Of a DNA stretch of 64,000 bases, positions 42,022 through 52,658 are shown piece by piece. Made by a program: the position numbers and the translations under genes. Location of the stretch: the NCBI GenBank assembly GCA_965207185.1, contig OZ242271.1, forward strand, positions 1,856,806 to 1,920,805. Reading direction: 5' to 3'. Under the pieces are notes generated by a model that did not search any database, was not told the DNA's origin, and saw only the letters and a program-made list of their open reading frames with translations. This stretch comes from Chloroflexota bacterium. GTDB lineage: Bacteria; Chloroflexota; UBA11872. Within the stretch, counting starts at the first letter, position 1. Each line of letters begins with the position of its first letter.

Positions 42022-44832
42022 ATGACCGTCGATCCGGCCGTGATTCCCGGCCTGCTGCTGCTGGCGGCAGAGTTGCTGGCGTTGGCCGCAATCGGCTTCG
42101 TGGTCGCTCGAGTCGCGCTGCGCCAATCCGATGACCGGCTGGCGCTGGCCCAGGGGCTGGTGATCGGTCCGGCGCTCTGGGGCCTGACCGCCAACTTCGT
42201 CATGTACCTGCTGCCTGGCATGACCGGCGCGGCTGCGGCCTGGGTCATCACACTGGCGCTGGCGGCCTGGCTGGCTCGGCGCGCACCCTCCACGCTGCGG
42301 CTGCCGCCGCGCACCGTTGCTGGCTTCGCCGTCGCGGCCCTAGCGCTCTTTTGGATTTTCTTGGCTGGCCGCCAGTTGTTGTCGATCGTGGATGCGTCGC
42401 TCCATCTGGGCCTTGCCGCCTCCATCCGTGCGGGCGGGTTTCCGCCGGTGTTTCCCTGGCACCCAGGGGTGCCTGCGCCATACCACTATGGCCTGGACAT
42501 GCTGATCGGGCTGCTGGCTCCACCGTTCGGCCCGGATCTGTCTTTCATGACGGAATTGCTGGGCGCCTACATCTGGACAAGCTTTGCTCTGGTCGTCGCG
42601 ATGGCCCTACTGCGACGCGGTGGATGGACCAGCTTGGTCATATTGACACCGCTGCTACTCACCGCAGGCGCCTGGACGCTTGTCGGCTTCATTATCCCGA
42701 CGCCGGACATCCTGCAGACTCCCGTTCCGACCGGCGTGCCGGCGGTTGGGTTGCGCACTTCACTGGCTAGCCTGTATTGGCCGGAAGTCTCGCTTCAATG
42801 GCAGACGGAGTTTGAAGCGTCGCCACCGAACATATGGAAACCACAGTTCCCCCTAGCCTATGCAGTGGCATTTTCCATTTTGGAACGCGCGACAGCTCGT
42901 GAGCGCAGAGATGTCACCTGCCATGTCGTTCTGGCAATTCTGCTTGGCTTTCTGGGACTCGTGGATGAAGCGGTTGCCCTAACCGTACTTCTGCTCTGGG
43001 CGCTCTTTGAGGCCGAGCGATTCGTCCGTATTTGGCCAACGCACTCCACACGCAACATGGGAGCGTTGCGCGCAGGCTTGGGACCGGCGCTCGCCACGCT
43101 GCTGCTGATAGCGGGGGGTGGGGTCATCACGGGGGTGCTGACCGGAGCGTCAGGTGGTGGGCTATCGCTCGGCTGGATCGCGGACGTCGATAGTCACCGG
43201 CCGCTAGGCACATTCACACAGCTGTCAGGCGGTCTTGGCGTCCTTGGTTCTGGTACGGTCCCGATCGCTGCAACCGCCGCATTGCTGGCGTGGCGAGATC
43301 GCCTTGGGCTGGCCCTGGCTCTGGGGAGCGTCCCGTTCCTGGTCGCCGCGCTTACGTTGCAGTATGAGTACGCTCCCCAGGACACTACCCGCCTTGACGG
43401 CCACGCCCGTACTCTTGCGCTCCTAGCCCTGCTTGTCGCGGCGAGTGTCCGTCTGCGCACTCTGCATCCCCGCTGGCGCTACGCGGCCGCCGCATGCATT
43501 GTCGGGCTTGTTGCCTGGCCGACCGTTGCGATGCCCGTGCGCACCCTCGGCTTGGCGCTTGGTCATGGGATTCAGTTCGCCAACGCTCAGCCGGGTCAGC
43601 GAGAGTTTGACCTGACCATCATGGGACGACACACCATCGGGCAGCATATCCCTGCGCCCATCAATGCCTATATCCGCGAGAATACATCTGTCGACACCCG
43701 AATTCTCTCGCCGCATCCCGCTGCGGCGACCATCGCCACGGGCCGTCCCAACGCGTCGGGCTATACCCAGTTCCCGCACTACAACTATGTGGAAGGACCC
43801 GAATACCTGGACGCCATTCGCTATCTGGAGCCAGCGGCTGTCCGCCGTCTCGACTACGCATACCTCCATGCCACAGACGCCTGGATCGCTCGACTGCCCG
43901 ACCGTGCCGAGCAATGGCTGGATGATCCTCGACTGTTCGAACTGCTCATCCGTGACGGTACCCACGCCCTCTATCGCATACGGCCAGCGTTCCTTGAACT
44001 CAATGTAGCGCCGACGCCTGCTTCGTTCGAAGCACTGCGCCAAACCGTTCCAGCATCCGTCACCGTGTACCTCTCGCCGTCCATCGAGTATCTGGGCTCG
44101 GTGCGAGCGGCGTCGGTGTTGTCCCATGCCGAACTCTTTGGCGTCGTTCGGACCTTTGCTCCACACCTGCGGCCGGACTTTCAGACGGAGCCGCTCGGCC
44201 GCGTGACGCCTGACTTGGTTGTCACGTCAGCACGTCTCGCGCCGTCCGCGTTTGCTTCCGATGCACGGCGACCCATCTGGTGGAATGAAGAAATCGCTGT
44301 TTATGCACCGGCTGACGCTATCCAGCCCATCATGGAACCGCCCCCCCAGCATTTCAGCGTCATGCTGTCAGACGTTGGCATTGCTCCCGGACGCCTCACG
44401 TTCACCGCCAGTTTCACCGATCGCGCGACGGAACTGTGGAGAGGCCAGGACTGGCTGATCTTTGCGGCCGACGGCTCCCCGTGGGCCTTTCCTTACGGGT
44501 TTGACAGCAGGGGCCACACCCGCGCCGGCGCCCGGAGGTATATGGGCCAACTTGAACCGGTGCCTGAAACGAGGGTGCACGAGTATTTCTATCTCTACGA
44601 GTTGGAGCCGCAGACGGGTACGTTGGCCTTATGGAACGGAAGCGGCTATGCCAGCCTCTCAGGGCCTCAGCCAGAACTAGCCCCCGGTACGTGGGTACTG
44701 GCCGTCCGTATCAGCAAACAAACTTGGGGGGAAGCGGCTTTTATCCCCGTGCTGCAATTCGAGGTGCCTGCTACCGGTGCGTTTAGGTATGAGGTCTACG
44801 AGGGTTCGCTGGACACGATGCTGGTTCCGTAA
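42022..44832 (+). CDS. Large polytopic membrane protein (about 14 TM N-terminal half + soluble C-terminal domain); possible GT-C-type glycosyl/arabinosyltransferase-like
   Basis: 936 aa. The first about 520 aa are highly hydrophobic; the C-terminal about 400 aa are soluble. Confidence 0.55.
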   Translation: MTVDPAVIPGLLLLAAELLALAAIGFVVARVALRQSDDRLALAQGLVIGPALWGLTANFVMYLLPGMTGAAAAWVITLALAAWLARRAPSTLRLPPRTVAGFAVAALALFWIFLAGRQLLSIVDASLHLGLAASIRAGGFPPVFPWHPGVPAPYHYGLDMLIGLLAPPFGPDLSFMTELLGAYIWTSFALVVAMALLRRGGWTSLVILTPLLLTAGAWTLVGFIIPTPDILQTPVPTGVPAVGLRTSLASLYWPEVSLQWQTEFEASPPNIWKPQFPLAYAVAFSILERATARERRDVTCHVVLAILLGFLGLVDEAVALTVLLLWALFEAERFVRIWPTHSTRNMGALRAGLGPALATLLLIAGGGVITGVLTGASGGGLSLGWIADVDSHRPLGTFTQLSGGLGVLGSGTVPIAATAALLAWRDRLGLALALGSVPFLVAALTLQYEYAPQDTTRLDGHARTLALLALLVAASVRLRTLHPRWRYAAAACIVGLVAWPTVAMPVRTLGLALGHGIQFANAQPGQREFDLTIMGRHTIGQHIPAPINAYIRENTSVDTRILSPHPAAATIATGRPNASGYTQFPHYNYVEGPEYLDAIRYLEPAAVRRLDYAYLHATDAWIARLPDRAEQWLDDPRLFELLIRDGTHALYRIRPAFLELNVAPTPASFEALRQTVPASVTVYLSPSIEYLGSVRAASVLSHAELFGVVRTFAPHLRPDFQTEPLGRVTPDLVVTSARLAPSAFASDARRPIWWNEEIAVYAPADAIQPIMEPPPQHFSVMLSDVGIAPGRLTFTASFTDRATELWRGQDWLIFAADGSPWAFPYGFDSRGHTRAGARRYMGQLEPVPETRVHEYFYLYELEPQTGTLALWNGSGYASLSGPQPELAPGTWVLAVRISKQTWGEAAFIPVLQFEVPATGAFRYEVYEGSLDTMLVP

Positions 44833-44888
44833 CTCCAGCACCGGGCAGCCTGCCGATACCTCGTCAGTAAGACGCCTGGAAATCGCAG

Positions 44889-45161
44889 CTAGCCGCGGTT
44901 GGCAGGGTCGATATCTACGACCTCGACCGTCGGTCCACGCTGCCAGCGGCGATAGGCGCGGGCGGCCCGGCCGGCGCGCCAAAGGCTGACGATCACCCGC
45001 CGCAAGTCGGGCCGGAACAGCGACGCGACGGCCAGCACCAACGTCGCCGCTACCAGGAACACCAGCCCAACCACAACCACCAGCAGGGCCCCAACCGCCG
45101 CGATCAGGAAAAGCGGCAGCGCAGCCAACGAGCGCGTAAACGAGCGTGTGTCGTCAATCAT
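44889..45161 (-). CDS. Small two-TM membrane protein
   Basis: LAALPLFLIAAVGALLVVVVGLVFLVAATLVLAV hydrophobic core. Confidence 0.35.
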   Translation of the reverse strand: MIDDTRSFTRSLAALPLFLIAAVGALLVVVVGLVFLVAATLVLAVASLFRPDLRRVIVSLWRAGRAARAYRRWQRGPTVEVVDIDPANRG

Positions 45162-45283
45162 TCAGAACAGGTTAAGGCAAACCATGCCCCCTAGAGACGC
45201 AAGGCTACGAAATCAACGCATCCAAAGGTAGACATCGGCGTTCCCGTAAACTGCAGCGGCCCGCCACCGGACCACCCAGCCCC

Positions 45284-46111
45284 TTGCCAATCTACGAAGT
45301 CCGCGAACTCCAGCATCAGCAGAAGGTCTATGTCGACGGCTACTACCTGGCCGCTGTCCAGCAGGGCAAGTTCCGCCCCTACATCCATCCGGTTCTGACG
45401 CCGGGCGGCCACGTTGTCACGGAGATCGCGACGGCCGACCACCTGCATCACCTTGGCATCTGGTTTGCCCACGAAGACATTGACGGCGTGAACTTCTGGG
45501 CGCCCGAGTCCCAATGGACCGTGCCTTGCCCGCGCATGCTGGTGTCCAGAACCGACGTTGACGTTGCCGATGACGGGGTGACATTCCGGCAGGAGGTGGA
45601 CTGGCTGGACGGCGACGAGCATCTCTGCATGCGGGACTCACGGGTCATCGTGATTGGCGAGCGTCCCGGCCATACGATGGTTGACGTCACGGTCACTGTG
45701 CGCGCGAACGAGCGCCCCATCCGGATGGGCCAGACCAAGGAAGCCGGCCTGGCACTGCGAGTTTCAGACCAGATCGACGTGCTGGACGGAGGTCGGATTA
45801 CCAATGCCAACGGGCAGGTCAACGAGGCCGAAACGTTCGACCAGGTTTCGGACTGGGTGGACTACTCGGGACCCGTCAGCCGGGCTCAGGTGTCGGGTAT
45901 CGCAATCTTCCCGCATCCCGGTAGCGACCGGATTCCGTGGTTCACCCGCGACTATGGCCCGCTTTACGTCAGCCCCTGGCGGCACGAGGAAATCACCCTG
46001 GCACCGGGTGAAACCCGAACCGTGGGCGCTCGATTTGCGGCGCACGATGGATCGTGCGAAGAGGCCGATGTGGCTGGCCTCTACACTCGATTCCTAGAGG
46101 AAATCGCCTAG
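45284..46111 (+). CDS. PmoA-like (DUF6807) family protein
   Basis: YIHPVLTPGGHVVTEIATADHLHHLGIWFAHEDIDGVNFW matches the DUF6807 signature. TTG start is the only in-frame start after the upstream stop. Confidence 0.6.
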   Translation: MPIYEVRELQHQQKVYVDGYYLAAVQQGKFRPYIHPVLTPGGHVVTEIATADHLHHLGIWFAHEDIDGVNFWAPESQWTVPCPRMLVSRTDVDVADDGVTFRQEVDWLDGDEHLCMRDSRVIVIGERPGHTMVDVTVTVRANERPIRMGQTKEAGLALRVSDQIDVLDGGRITNANGQVNEAETFDQVSDWVDYSGPVSRAQVSGIAIFPHPGSDRIPWFTRDYGPLYVSPWRHEEITLAPGETRTVGARFAAHDGSCEEADVAGLYTRFLEEIA

Positions 46112-46894
46112 CGCCGGTTCTTGATCGCCAGCGTCGATAAGTCCGGCATCGGCGACCAGGCTGACGAGAGCGGCCGTCGCAGCCGCTTCGGCATCGATGA
46201 ATTTGATCTCCTCGGCGATTTCCTCGATTACCGCCGGCGTCGTGGGACTGGCCACGGCCACCAGGTCTCCCTCGTCCTGCAGTTCGCCGCCCGAGAGGTC
46301 CACCAGGTAGAAGGCCGTATTGCTCAGACCGTGCAGTTCGGACTCGTGTCCGGTTTTGATGAGCCCGACGCTGCGCGGGGAGGCCACAATGATTCGATTG
46401 TGACGCCCAGCATCCAGCGTACTCAGCAGCATGTCCTGGCGAGCGAGCTGGCCGATGCGCGCGACGTTGGCCAGGCGTTGCTCGCCGGAGTCCACGTACT
46501 CGTTAATGGCGGCCGGGTCGACCCTGGCCTTGCGAAGCTCAGCGGGCTCCGGCAGGCGCAGAAACCGCCACAGGCCAGCGTCGGCGGCAAGCGACGCCTC
46601 ACGCAGCGCCATGCGAGCCGATGTCGCGTCCGCCCGCAAGCGTGCTTGAAGCAGGGACGAACCGAAGCGCTCCCGCACTGCCACGTAGAGGAATCCGATG
46701 GAGAGCAGGGCACTCACGCGCGATTGCATGAGGCGCGTACTCAAGGCCTTTCTCAGGTTGCGGTCGTCAGCCTGGCGAATGGCGGCCACGAGCGCGCGCG
46801 CCTCCACCCCGTGGATTGAGGACACCCAGCCGGCGTAGTCCCGGAGATAGGCCCGGTCCGCGATCGAGGACGCTTCAGGCGACTTGGGCCACAT
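46094..46894 (-). CDS. Hypothetical protein (267 aa from ATG 46894), second gene of a two-gene operon of unknown function
   Basis: ATG 46894 overlaps the upstream gene's stop (ATGA). The track shows 294 aa from an upstream in-frame M. No recognisable motif. Confidence 0.5.
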   Translation of the reverse strand: MWPKSPEASSIADRAYLRDYAGWVSSIHGVEARALVAAIRQADDRNLRKALSTRLMQSRVSALLSIGFLYVAVRERFGSSLLQARLRADATSARMALREASLAADAGLWRFLRLPEPAELRKARVDPAAINEYVDSGEQRLANVARIGQLARQDMLLSTLDAGRHNRIIVASPRSVGLIKTGHESELHGLSNTAFYLVDLSGGELQDEGDLVAVASPTTPAVIEEIAEEIKFIDAEAAATAALVSLVADAGLIDAGDQEPALGDFL

Positions 46895-47367
46895 CAGTCG
46901 GCCTCCAGCGAGCCGCCAAACACGCCCTCGTACTGCTCGGTTTTCAAGCCATCGGAGGCCTGCAGGCGATAGGTCCACGCGTCATCCAGCATCACGCGGC
47001 CCATGCCCTGCAGCAGCTCGCTGAACTCGCCGAGCAGCGCCTGGGGCGGCTCGTCACCAGGATCGAAGCCGATCATGGTGAAGCCGTCGGGCATCACGCT
47101 TGGCAACGCGAGATCCACCTCAATCAGGCCGGTGGCGGCTGCGACGCGCGTTATGCGCCACGACCAGAAGTGCTGCCGAATGGCCACGATGAAGGGCATG
47201 GCTGCCGTGTCGTAGCGCTCCGAATCCCACTCAATCGGGACGCCGTTGTAGCTGGACGGGAACTCTTCAACGTTCCAGGCCGGGCCAGATCCGGGGCCAC
47301 TCACTTCGCCCTCGCTCGCATTCACGTTGAGCGCAAAGCCTACTCCAGTCCGAGCGATTCCGCGCAC
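46894..47367 (-). CDS. Hypothetical protein (157 aa), first gene of the operon
   Basis: Acidic protein; translationally coupled to the downstream gene. Confidence 0.45.
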   Translation of the reverse strand: MRGIARTGVGFALNVNASEGEVSGPGSGPAWNVEEFPSSYNGVPIEWDSERYDTAAMPFIVAIRQHFWSWRITRVAAATGLIEVDLALPSVMPDGFTMIGFDPGDEPPQALLGEFSELLQGMGRVMLDDAWTYRLQASDGLKTEQYEGVFGGSLEAD

Positions 47368-47438
47368 CCGAACGGCGGGCCGTCGATCAGTAGTGTTAGG
47401 GCCACGCCATTGGCAAGAATGTCGCGACTACCGATGAA

Positions 47439-48245
47439 ATGACTGTCATTCGACAATCCGACGAGCGATCCGTACGGCTCTGCCTGCCAGTTGAACCTCC
47501 CGTGGCTCCGGCGGGTGGCTGGGGCGTGGCTGAACTGCACTGTCATACGACGGCCAGCGACGGCGTCGTGTCACCCGAAGAACTCGTTGCTATCGCCGAG
47601 CACCTGGATCTTGACGTGCTGGCCGTGACCGACCACGACACCATTGATGGGGCATTGCACGTGCGGGATCACGCGCTGTCAGTTGGCGCGCGGGTTGATG
47701 TGATCGTTGGGATGGAGGTCACGACTCGACGGCAGGACCACATCGTGGGTCTCTTCCTGGATCGCGCGCCACGGATCTTCCGCTCGGTGCCAGACACGGT
47801 GGACGAGATTCACGCCCAGGGCGGACTGGCAATCGTGGCGCACCCGTTCCTGGGGCTGCCGTCATCCATCTCGGCTAAGCGGTTGCGCGAGGCGCTTCAG
47901 CGCTGTTGCTTCGATGGGATTGAGGCCGAGAATCCGTACATGCGGCAGGGTGCGCGTGACCGTCTGTCGGCGTTCCTCCAGGACCACGGCGACGAGGTGG
48001 GTGCGCCAATCGGCGCCAGCGACGCGCACTTTGGGGACCTGGCCAAGGCCGTCACGCTGTTCGAAGGGCGGAGCGCCGCCGACCTGCGTCGCGCTGTCGA
48101 GGCGAGGTCAACCGTGCCCGCCGTGGGTCGAGTCACGCACCCCGGACCCGGCCTGACTGCTCACCTGCACAACCAATACCGAAGTTTGCTACGGCTACCG
48201 GTGATGCGGGCCGGCACTCTCTGGCGACAGTGGCGAGATGGCTGA
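47439..48245 (+). CDS. PHP domain phosphoesterase
   Basis: LHCHTTASDG and later H/D metal ligands of the PHP fold. Start may be GTG 47526 (VAELHCHT). Confidence 0.7.
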   Translation: MTVIRQSDERSVRLCLPVEPPVAPAGGWGVAELHCHTTASDGVVSPEELVAIAEHLDLDVLAVTDHDTIDGALHVRDHALSVGARVDVIVGMEVTTRRQDHIVGLFLDRAPRIFRSVPDTVDEIHAQGGLAIVAHPFLGLPSSISAKRLREALQRCCFDGIEAENPYMRQGARDRLSAFLQDHGDEVGAPIGASDAHFGDLAKAVTLFEGRSAADLRRAVEARSTVPAVGRVTHPGPGLTAHLHNQYRSLLRLPVMRAGTLWRQWRDG

Positions 48246-48281
48246 GATCCGCGCCCGACGCCGACAGCCGCGATTCGAGCG

Positions 48282-50240
48282 CTAGACGGCGCCTTCGGCA
48301 GGCCGCGGTTTGGGATTGGGCGGGAGCTTAATGTCCGGAGCTTCGGTGGACTCCTCGTCCATCGGTTCGGACTCAGGCGCCGGCTCCGGCACGTCGGGTG
48401 GGGTCAACGGCGCTCGGCCATGATGCTGGTCGATGAGCAGCGTGAACTCCTCGGCGTCCAGCGTCTCCACCTCGATCAGCCGTTCGGCCAGCTTGTCCAG
48501 CAGGTCGCTGTGGCGAGAGAGGATGTCCATCGCGCGACGGTGGGCATCTTCAATGAGGTGGGAAACCTCTTTGTCGATGTCCTCGGCAACGCGCTCACTG
48601 TAGTTGCGCTGCTCCGCGATGTCGCGACCAAGGAACACCAGTTCCTCACGGCGTCCAAAGGCGCGCGGGCCGAGCTTGGGTGACATGCCGTACTGGGTGA
48701 CCATGCGACGAGCTGTCTCGGTGGCTTGCTGGATGTCGTTGCTGGGGCCGGTGGACATCTCGCCGAAGACCAGCACCTCGGCGGCGTGCCCGCCCATGAT
48801 CATGGCCAGCATGTCCTCGAAGAACGACTTCGTGTACAGGTGACGGTCCTCCGGCGGCTGCAGGCGCGTGTAACCGCCCATTTGCCCGCGCGGCAGGATG
48901 GTGACCTTGTAGACCGGATCGGACCGCTTGAGCATGTGCGCGACCAGGGCGTGGCCGATCTCGTGAAACGCGGTCACGCGCTTCTCCTGCACGCTCAGGA
49001 CGCGGCTCTTGCGCTGCGGGCCGGCGATCAGCCGGTCGATCGCCTCCTCGAGCTCGAACAGGCCTATCACGGATCGGTTGCGTCGAGCGGCCAGGATCGC
49101 GGCCTCATTGAGCAGGTTCTTGAGGTCGGCGCCTGAGAAGCCCGGCGTCTGCTTGGCCACGGTCTCCAGGTCCACGCTTGGATCCAGCGGCTTCTCACGG
49201 GCGTGCACGCGCAGAATGGCTTCGCGGCCCCGGATATCCGGCAAGTCAAGCGTCACGCGGCGGTCAAAGCGGCCGGGGCGTAGCAGCGCCGGGTCGAGAA
49301 CGTCTGGCCGGTTGGTCGCTGCAAGCACGATGACCGTCTGCTCGGACTCGAATCCGTCCATCTCCACCAGAATCTGATTCAGGGTCTGCTCCCGCTCATC
49401 GTGGCTGCCGCCAAGGCCGGCGCCGCGCTGACGGCCGACCGCGTCGATTTCATCCACGAAGACCAGCGAAGGCGCGCTCTGCTTGGCCTTTTCAAACAGG
49501 TCGCGCACGCGCGAGGCCCCGACGCCCACAAACATCTCAACAAATTCCGATCCGCTGATGTTGAAGAACGGCACGCCGGCCTCACCGGCGACGGCCTTGG
49601 AGATATAGGTCTTGCCCGTGCCGGGCGGGCCGACCAGCAGCACGCCCTTGGGGATCTCGGCGCCGATCTTGGTGAACTTCTCCGGGAACTTCAGGAACTC
49701 GACGACCTCGGCCAATTCCTGCTTGGCCTCATCCACGCCCTGGACGTGCTTGAAGGTGACTTTGGGACGGTTGGCGGTGACCAGGCGGGCGCGGCTGCGG
49801 CCGAAGCTGAGCGCCTGGGAGTTGGAGCCCTGGGCCTGTCGCATCAGGAATATGAGCAGGCCAATGAAGACCAGCAGCGGCAGCACCGAGGTCAGGATGC
49901 TGATGATGGTGGGCGCGTTACTTGGCTCGTCAAACTCGACCGTGACCTGTTCGCCGCCGGTGTTGATTCCTCGGGCAGCCAGTTGCTCGCCAATATCAAA
50001 GTTGTCGTTGACTACGGAGGTCATCGTGCGCCCGTCCACGGTTGCGGAAACGCGCGTGCCGCCAAGCTGAATCTGCGGGCGGCTACCACGATCCGCGGCG
50101 GCCTGCACTTCGGCTAGCAGCGTGGAGATTGGCACGTTCTGCTCGCGCGGGCTTGGATTGAACATGACGAACAACACAACCAGGATCGCAACGGCCAGCA
50201 CGATGTACATGAAGCCGTTGCGGACGAGTCGGTTGTTCAT
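48282..50240 (-). CDS. ftsH: ATP-dependent zinc metalloprotease FtsH
   Basis: AAA+ Walker A GPPGTGKT; SRH; HEIGHA zinc motif; N-terminal TM. Start ATG 50240 (MNNRLV); the track extension begins at TTG. Confidence 0.95.
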   Translation of the reverse strand: MNNRLVRNGFMYIVLAVAILVVLFVMFNPSPREQNVPISTLLAEVQAAADRGSRPQIQLGGTRVSATVDGRTMTSVVNDNFDIGEQLAARGINTGGEQVTVEFDEPSNAPTIISILTSVLPLLVFIGLLIFLMRQAQGSNSQALSFGRSRARLVTANRPKVTFKHVQGVDEAKQELAEVVEFLKFPEKFTKIGAEIPKGVLLVGPPGTGKTYISKAVAGEAGVPFFNISGSEFVEMFVGVGASRVRDLFEKAKQSAPSLVFVDEIDAVGRQRGAGLGGSHDEREQTLNQILVEMDGFESEQTVIVLAATNRPDVLDPALLRPGRFDRRVTLDLPDIRGREAILRVHAREKPLDPSVDLETVAKQTPGFSGADLKNLLNEAAILAARRNRSVIGLFELEEAIDRLIAGPQRKSRVLSVQEKRVTAFHEIGHALVAHMLKRSDPVYKVTILPRGQMGGYTRLQPPEDRHLYTKSFFEDMLAMIMGGHAAEVLVFGEMSTGPSNDIQQATETARRMVTQYGMSPKLGPRAFGRREELVFLGRDIAEQRNYSERVAEDIDKEVSHLIEDAHRRAMDILSRHSDLLDKLAERLIEVETLDAEEFTLLIDQHHGRAPLTPPDVPEPAPESEPMDEESTEAPDIKLPPNPKPRPAEGAV

Positions 50241-50342
50241 GAAAGGGCAGCCTTTCGTCCCAGGAAAGACGAGACGGGCGCCGCGCCGCGTGGATGTGGG
50301 CAATTATATCAGCGGCCCATACGCGCCCGGCCCGCACCTCTG

Positions 50343-51812
50343 CTACGTGTCGAGTCTACGAAGGTTCATGGATGGTTCCGTAGCGAAACCACCCGGCGCC
50401 GTTGCCGGAAGCAGCGGCGCCCACGTGATTGAAATAGCAAGGATCCTATCGGCGTCCGGCGTCGGTCGATGGTCTGCATCAACCACGACTCCAGGAACGC
50501 AGACGGGCTGATCATTCAGCGTAACCACCGGCGTGCCAGCGCGCAGGGCCGCAGGCACACGGCGGCGGCGCAACAGTCGCGCCAGGTCGTGTCGGCGACC
50601 ATCGACCGGCGATCTGAGCTGATCACCCGGGCAGGGCGTGCGAACGGCCAGCCTGGCACCCGGTGCAGGAACGGCGAGCACCTCGACCGCATGCGCGTGG
50701 CCCGCGGTCTCAGCCGCCGCCCGGACCCGAAGCGTCAACCGTCCAACCGCAAGCTCAACGCTCGACGGAACCGAGAGCTGGATTGGCTCGAGCCACGACG
50801 GATCACTGATCTGGGCGCCATACAGAGCGATTGCGCGATCCCGCACAAAGGCCCAGCAACCGCCCGGCAGTTGGACCCAACGTCCGGCCGTGTTGTCGGC
50901 TAACGCGCGTTCCAGCGCTCGCCAATGCGGCTCGCCGAGCTGGCGGCTCGTCGGTTCGTCGGACCGCAGCAAGGCGTTCAGCTCTCTACGCAGTCGTCCG
51001 GCGGGCACGGCGCACCGATCCGGGGCCAGCGGCATTCGGATTCCCTGAGCCGGGCTCACCAGGGGCTCGGCGGCCGATGCCGCCAGCGCGCCGGTGCGCA
51101 GAAGCGCCTTGCGGAATCCCGGGTAAATCTCGTCGAACAACGGGATCAACTCGTGGCGAACTCGGTTACGGCGGAATTCCGGTGATTGGTTGGCCGGATC
51201 GTGGTGCGTGGGAAGGCAGCGGACTGCCGCGTAGGCCTCCACCTGGCTTCGCCATACCGTCAACAGCGGACGCAGCGTCCCTCCGTCATCCAACCGCATG
51301 CCTTGAAGGGCGTCCGGGCCGCCGCCGCGTGCGAGGTTCATCAGGATGGTTTCCACCTGATCGTCAGCCTGGTGACCCGTAGCCACGCGTGCGACGCCGA
51401 GTTGCGCGCCCGCGCGGCGAAGGAATTGGCGCCGAAGGCGGCGGGCGGCCATTTCTCGGGACTCGCCGCGCTCCGGCGTGGGACGGGCGGCGCGCTCGCT
51501 CGTGAAGGCGACGCCGTTGGCCCGGCAGGCGTCTCGCACGCCGCGGGCGACAGCTGCACTGCCGTCGTGCCAGGCATGGTCAAAGTGCAGGACATGAAGT
51601 GCCGGTCCCCCGCGCTCACGGGCGGCCAGCAGCGCGTCCAACAGGACCATGGAATCAGGCCCACCCGACACAGCCACGGCCACCAGATCGCGAGAGGTAA
51701 GCCCGGCGGTGCGGACCGTCGTCCGATAGACGGCGTCGCGTACCCGGCGAACGACTCGCCGCGAAGGGTCGCGCCTAACCGGTGCTCCCGAACCCACCGC
51801 GTGAGGGGGCAT
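50343..51812 (-). CDS. tilS: tRNA(Ile)-lysidine synthetase
   Basis: PP-loop SGGPDS. The track's about 95-codon N-terminal extension overlaps dut and is not credible. Confidence 0.8.
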   Translation of the reverse strand: MPPHAVGSGAPVRRDPSRRVVRRVRDAVYRTTVRTAGLTSRDLVAVAVSGGPDSMVLLDALLAARERGGPALHVLHFDHAWHDGSAAVARGVRDACRANGVAFTSERAARPTPERGESREMAARRLRRQFLRRAGAQLGVARVATGHQADDQVETILMNLARGGGPDALQGMRLDDGGTLRPLLTVWRSQVEAYAAVRCLPTHHDPANQSPEFRRNRVRHELIPLFDEIYPGFRKALLRTGALAASAAEPLVSPAQGIRMPLAPDRCAVPAGRLRRELNALLRSDEPTSRQLGEPHWRALERALADNTAGRWVQLPGGCWAFVRDRAIALYGAQISDPSWLEPIQLSVPSSVELAVGRLTLRVRAAAETAGHAHAVEVLAVPAPGARLAVRTPCPGDQLRSPVDGRRHDLARLLRRRRVPAALRAGTPVVTLNDQPVCVPGVVVDADHRPTPDADRILAISITWAPLLPATAPGGFATEPSMNLRRLDT

Positions 51813-52203
51813 CGGGCGTCTCCTGTTCGTCCCAGGTAGCCACCGCGACAGACACGAACACCCCCTGGGCAATCCGATCGCCGCGTTGCACGACCACCGG
51901 ATAATCCGTTGGATTCCAAACGTCGATGTGGATTTCGTCATCCGGCCCGGCAAAGTCCTGGTCGACGATGCCAATGGCGTTGGAAAGCCGCAGGCCCGTA
52001 CGGCGGGGCGTGCTGCTGCGTACCGCGACGAGCAACATGTAGCCCGGCGGGGTCGCGACGATGAGGTTTGACGGAATCCGGGCCATACCGCCCGGCGCAA
52101 CCTCGGTGGTTACACGCGTCGTTAAGTCGAACCCTACGGAGCCGCCGGTGGCGTACGTAGGTAGGGGAAGCGAGGGATCGACGCGAGTGATTGGCACACG
52201 CAT
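51775..52203 (-). CDS. dut: dUTP diphosphatase
   Basis: 142 aa; dUTPase motifs (GGSVGFDL, RSSTPRRTGLRLSNAIGIVDQDF). Confidence 0.85.
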   Translation of the reverse strand: MRVPITRVDPSLPLPTYATGGSVGFDLTTRVTTEVAPGGMARIPSNLIVATPPGYMLLVAVRSSTPRRTGLRLSNAIGIVDQDFAGPDDEIHIDVWNPTDYPVVVQRGDRIAQGVFVSVAVATWDEQETPDAPSRGGFGSTG

Positions 52204-52235
52204 GACGCAGCGAGTCTACGCCGTTCCCGTGACGC

Positions 52236-52658
52236 TCAGCCTCCGGTGAAGACCTCGAGCCAGGCATGCACGTGGCCGATCCTGACGGGCGGTGGAGTCT
52301 CGGGGGGCGGTGGCTCCACCGGCACGGGCGTGGGCAAGGGCGCGCTGCTCAGATCGTCCATGATGAAAATCGCGCGGTCACCCGGATCCACCAGACCCAG
52401 GTCGCGTTTGGCGACTTCGCGCAAGGCGGGAAGCGACTGCGCGTAGGCTAGCCGTTCGCCTAATTCGACGTTCGATCGCTCGACCCCGGCAATCTGGGCA
52501 TTCAACTCGTCGATGCGCTCGTTGGCTGTCACGTAGGCCGGGGAATTCGTGGTCTCGCGAACGATCACCGCTACGAGCGCCAGCACGCCGACCAGGGCCA
52601 GAATCTGACCCAGCAGGCGTGCGCGGTCGTTCGTTGACGATGCAGCCGGCGTAGGCAC
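52236..52658 (-). CDS. Septum formation initiator family protein (FtsB/DivIC-like)
   Basis: N-terminal TM + coiled coil, Pro-rich tail; located between glmS and dut. Confidence 0.55.
   Translation of the reverse strand: MPTPAASSTNDRARLLGQILALVGVLALVAVIVRETTNSPAYVTANERIDELNAQIAGVERSNVELGERLAYAQSLPALREVAKRDLGLVDPGDRAIFIMDDLSSAPLPTPVPVEPPPPETPPPVRIGHVHAWLEVFTGG

Noticed and set aside
47340-47546. 68-aa minus ORF between the unknown operon and the PHP gene
   Set aside because: Overlaps the PHP gene's 5' end on the other strand and is frame-incompatible with the 157-aa gene. Likely spurious.
51813-52100. About 95-codon N-terminal extension of tilS in the ORF track
   Set aside because: Overlaps dut in another frame and is Arg/Ser-rich. 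The PP-loop protein starts near 51812.
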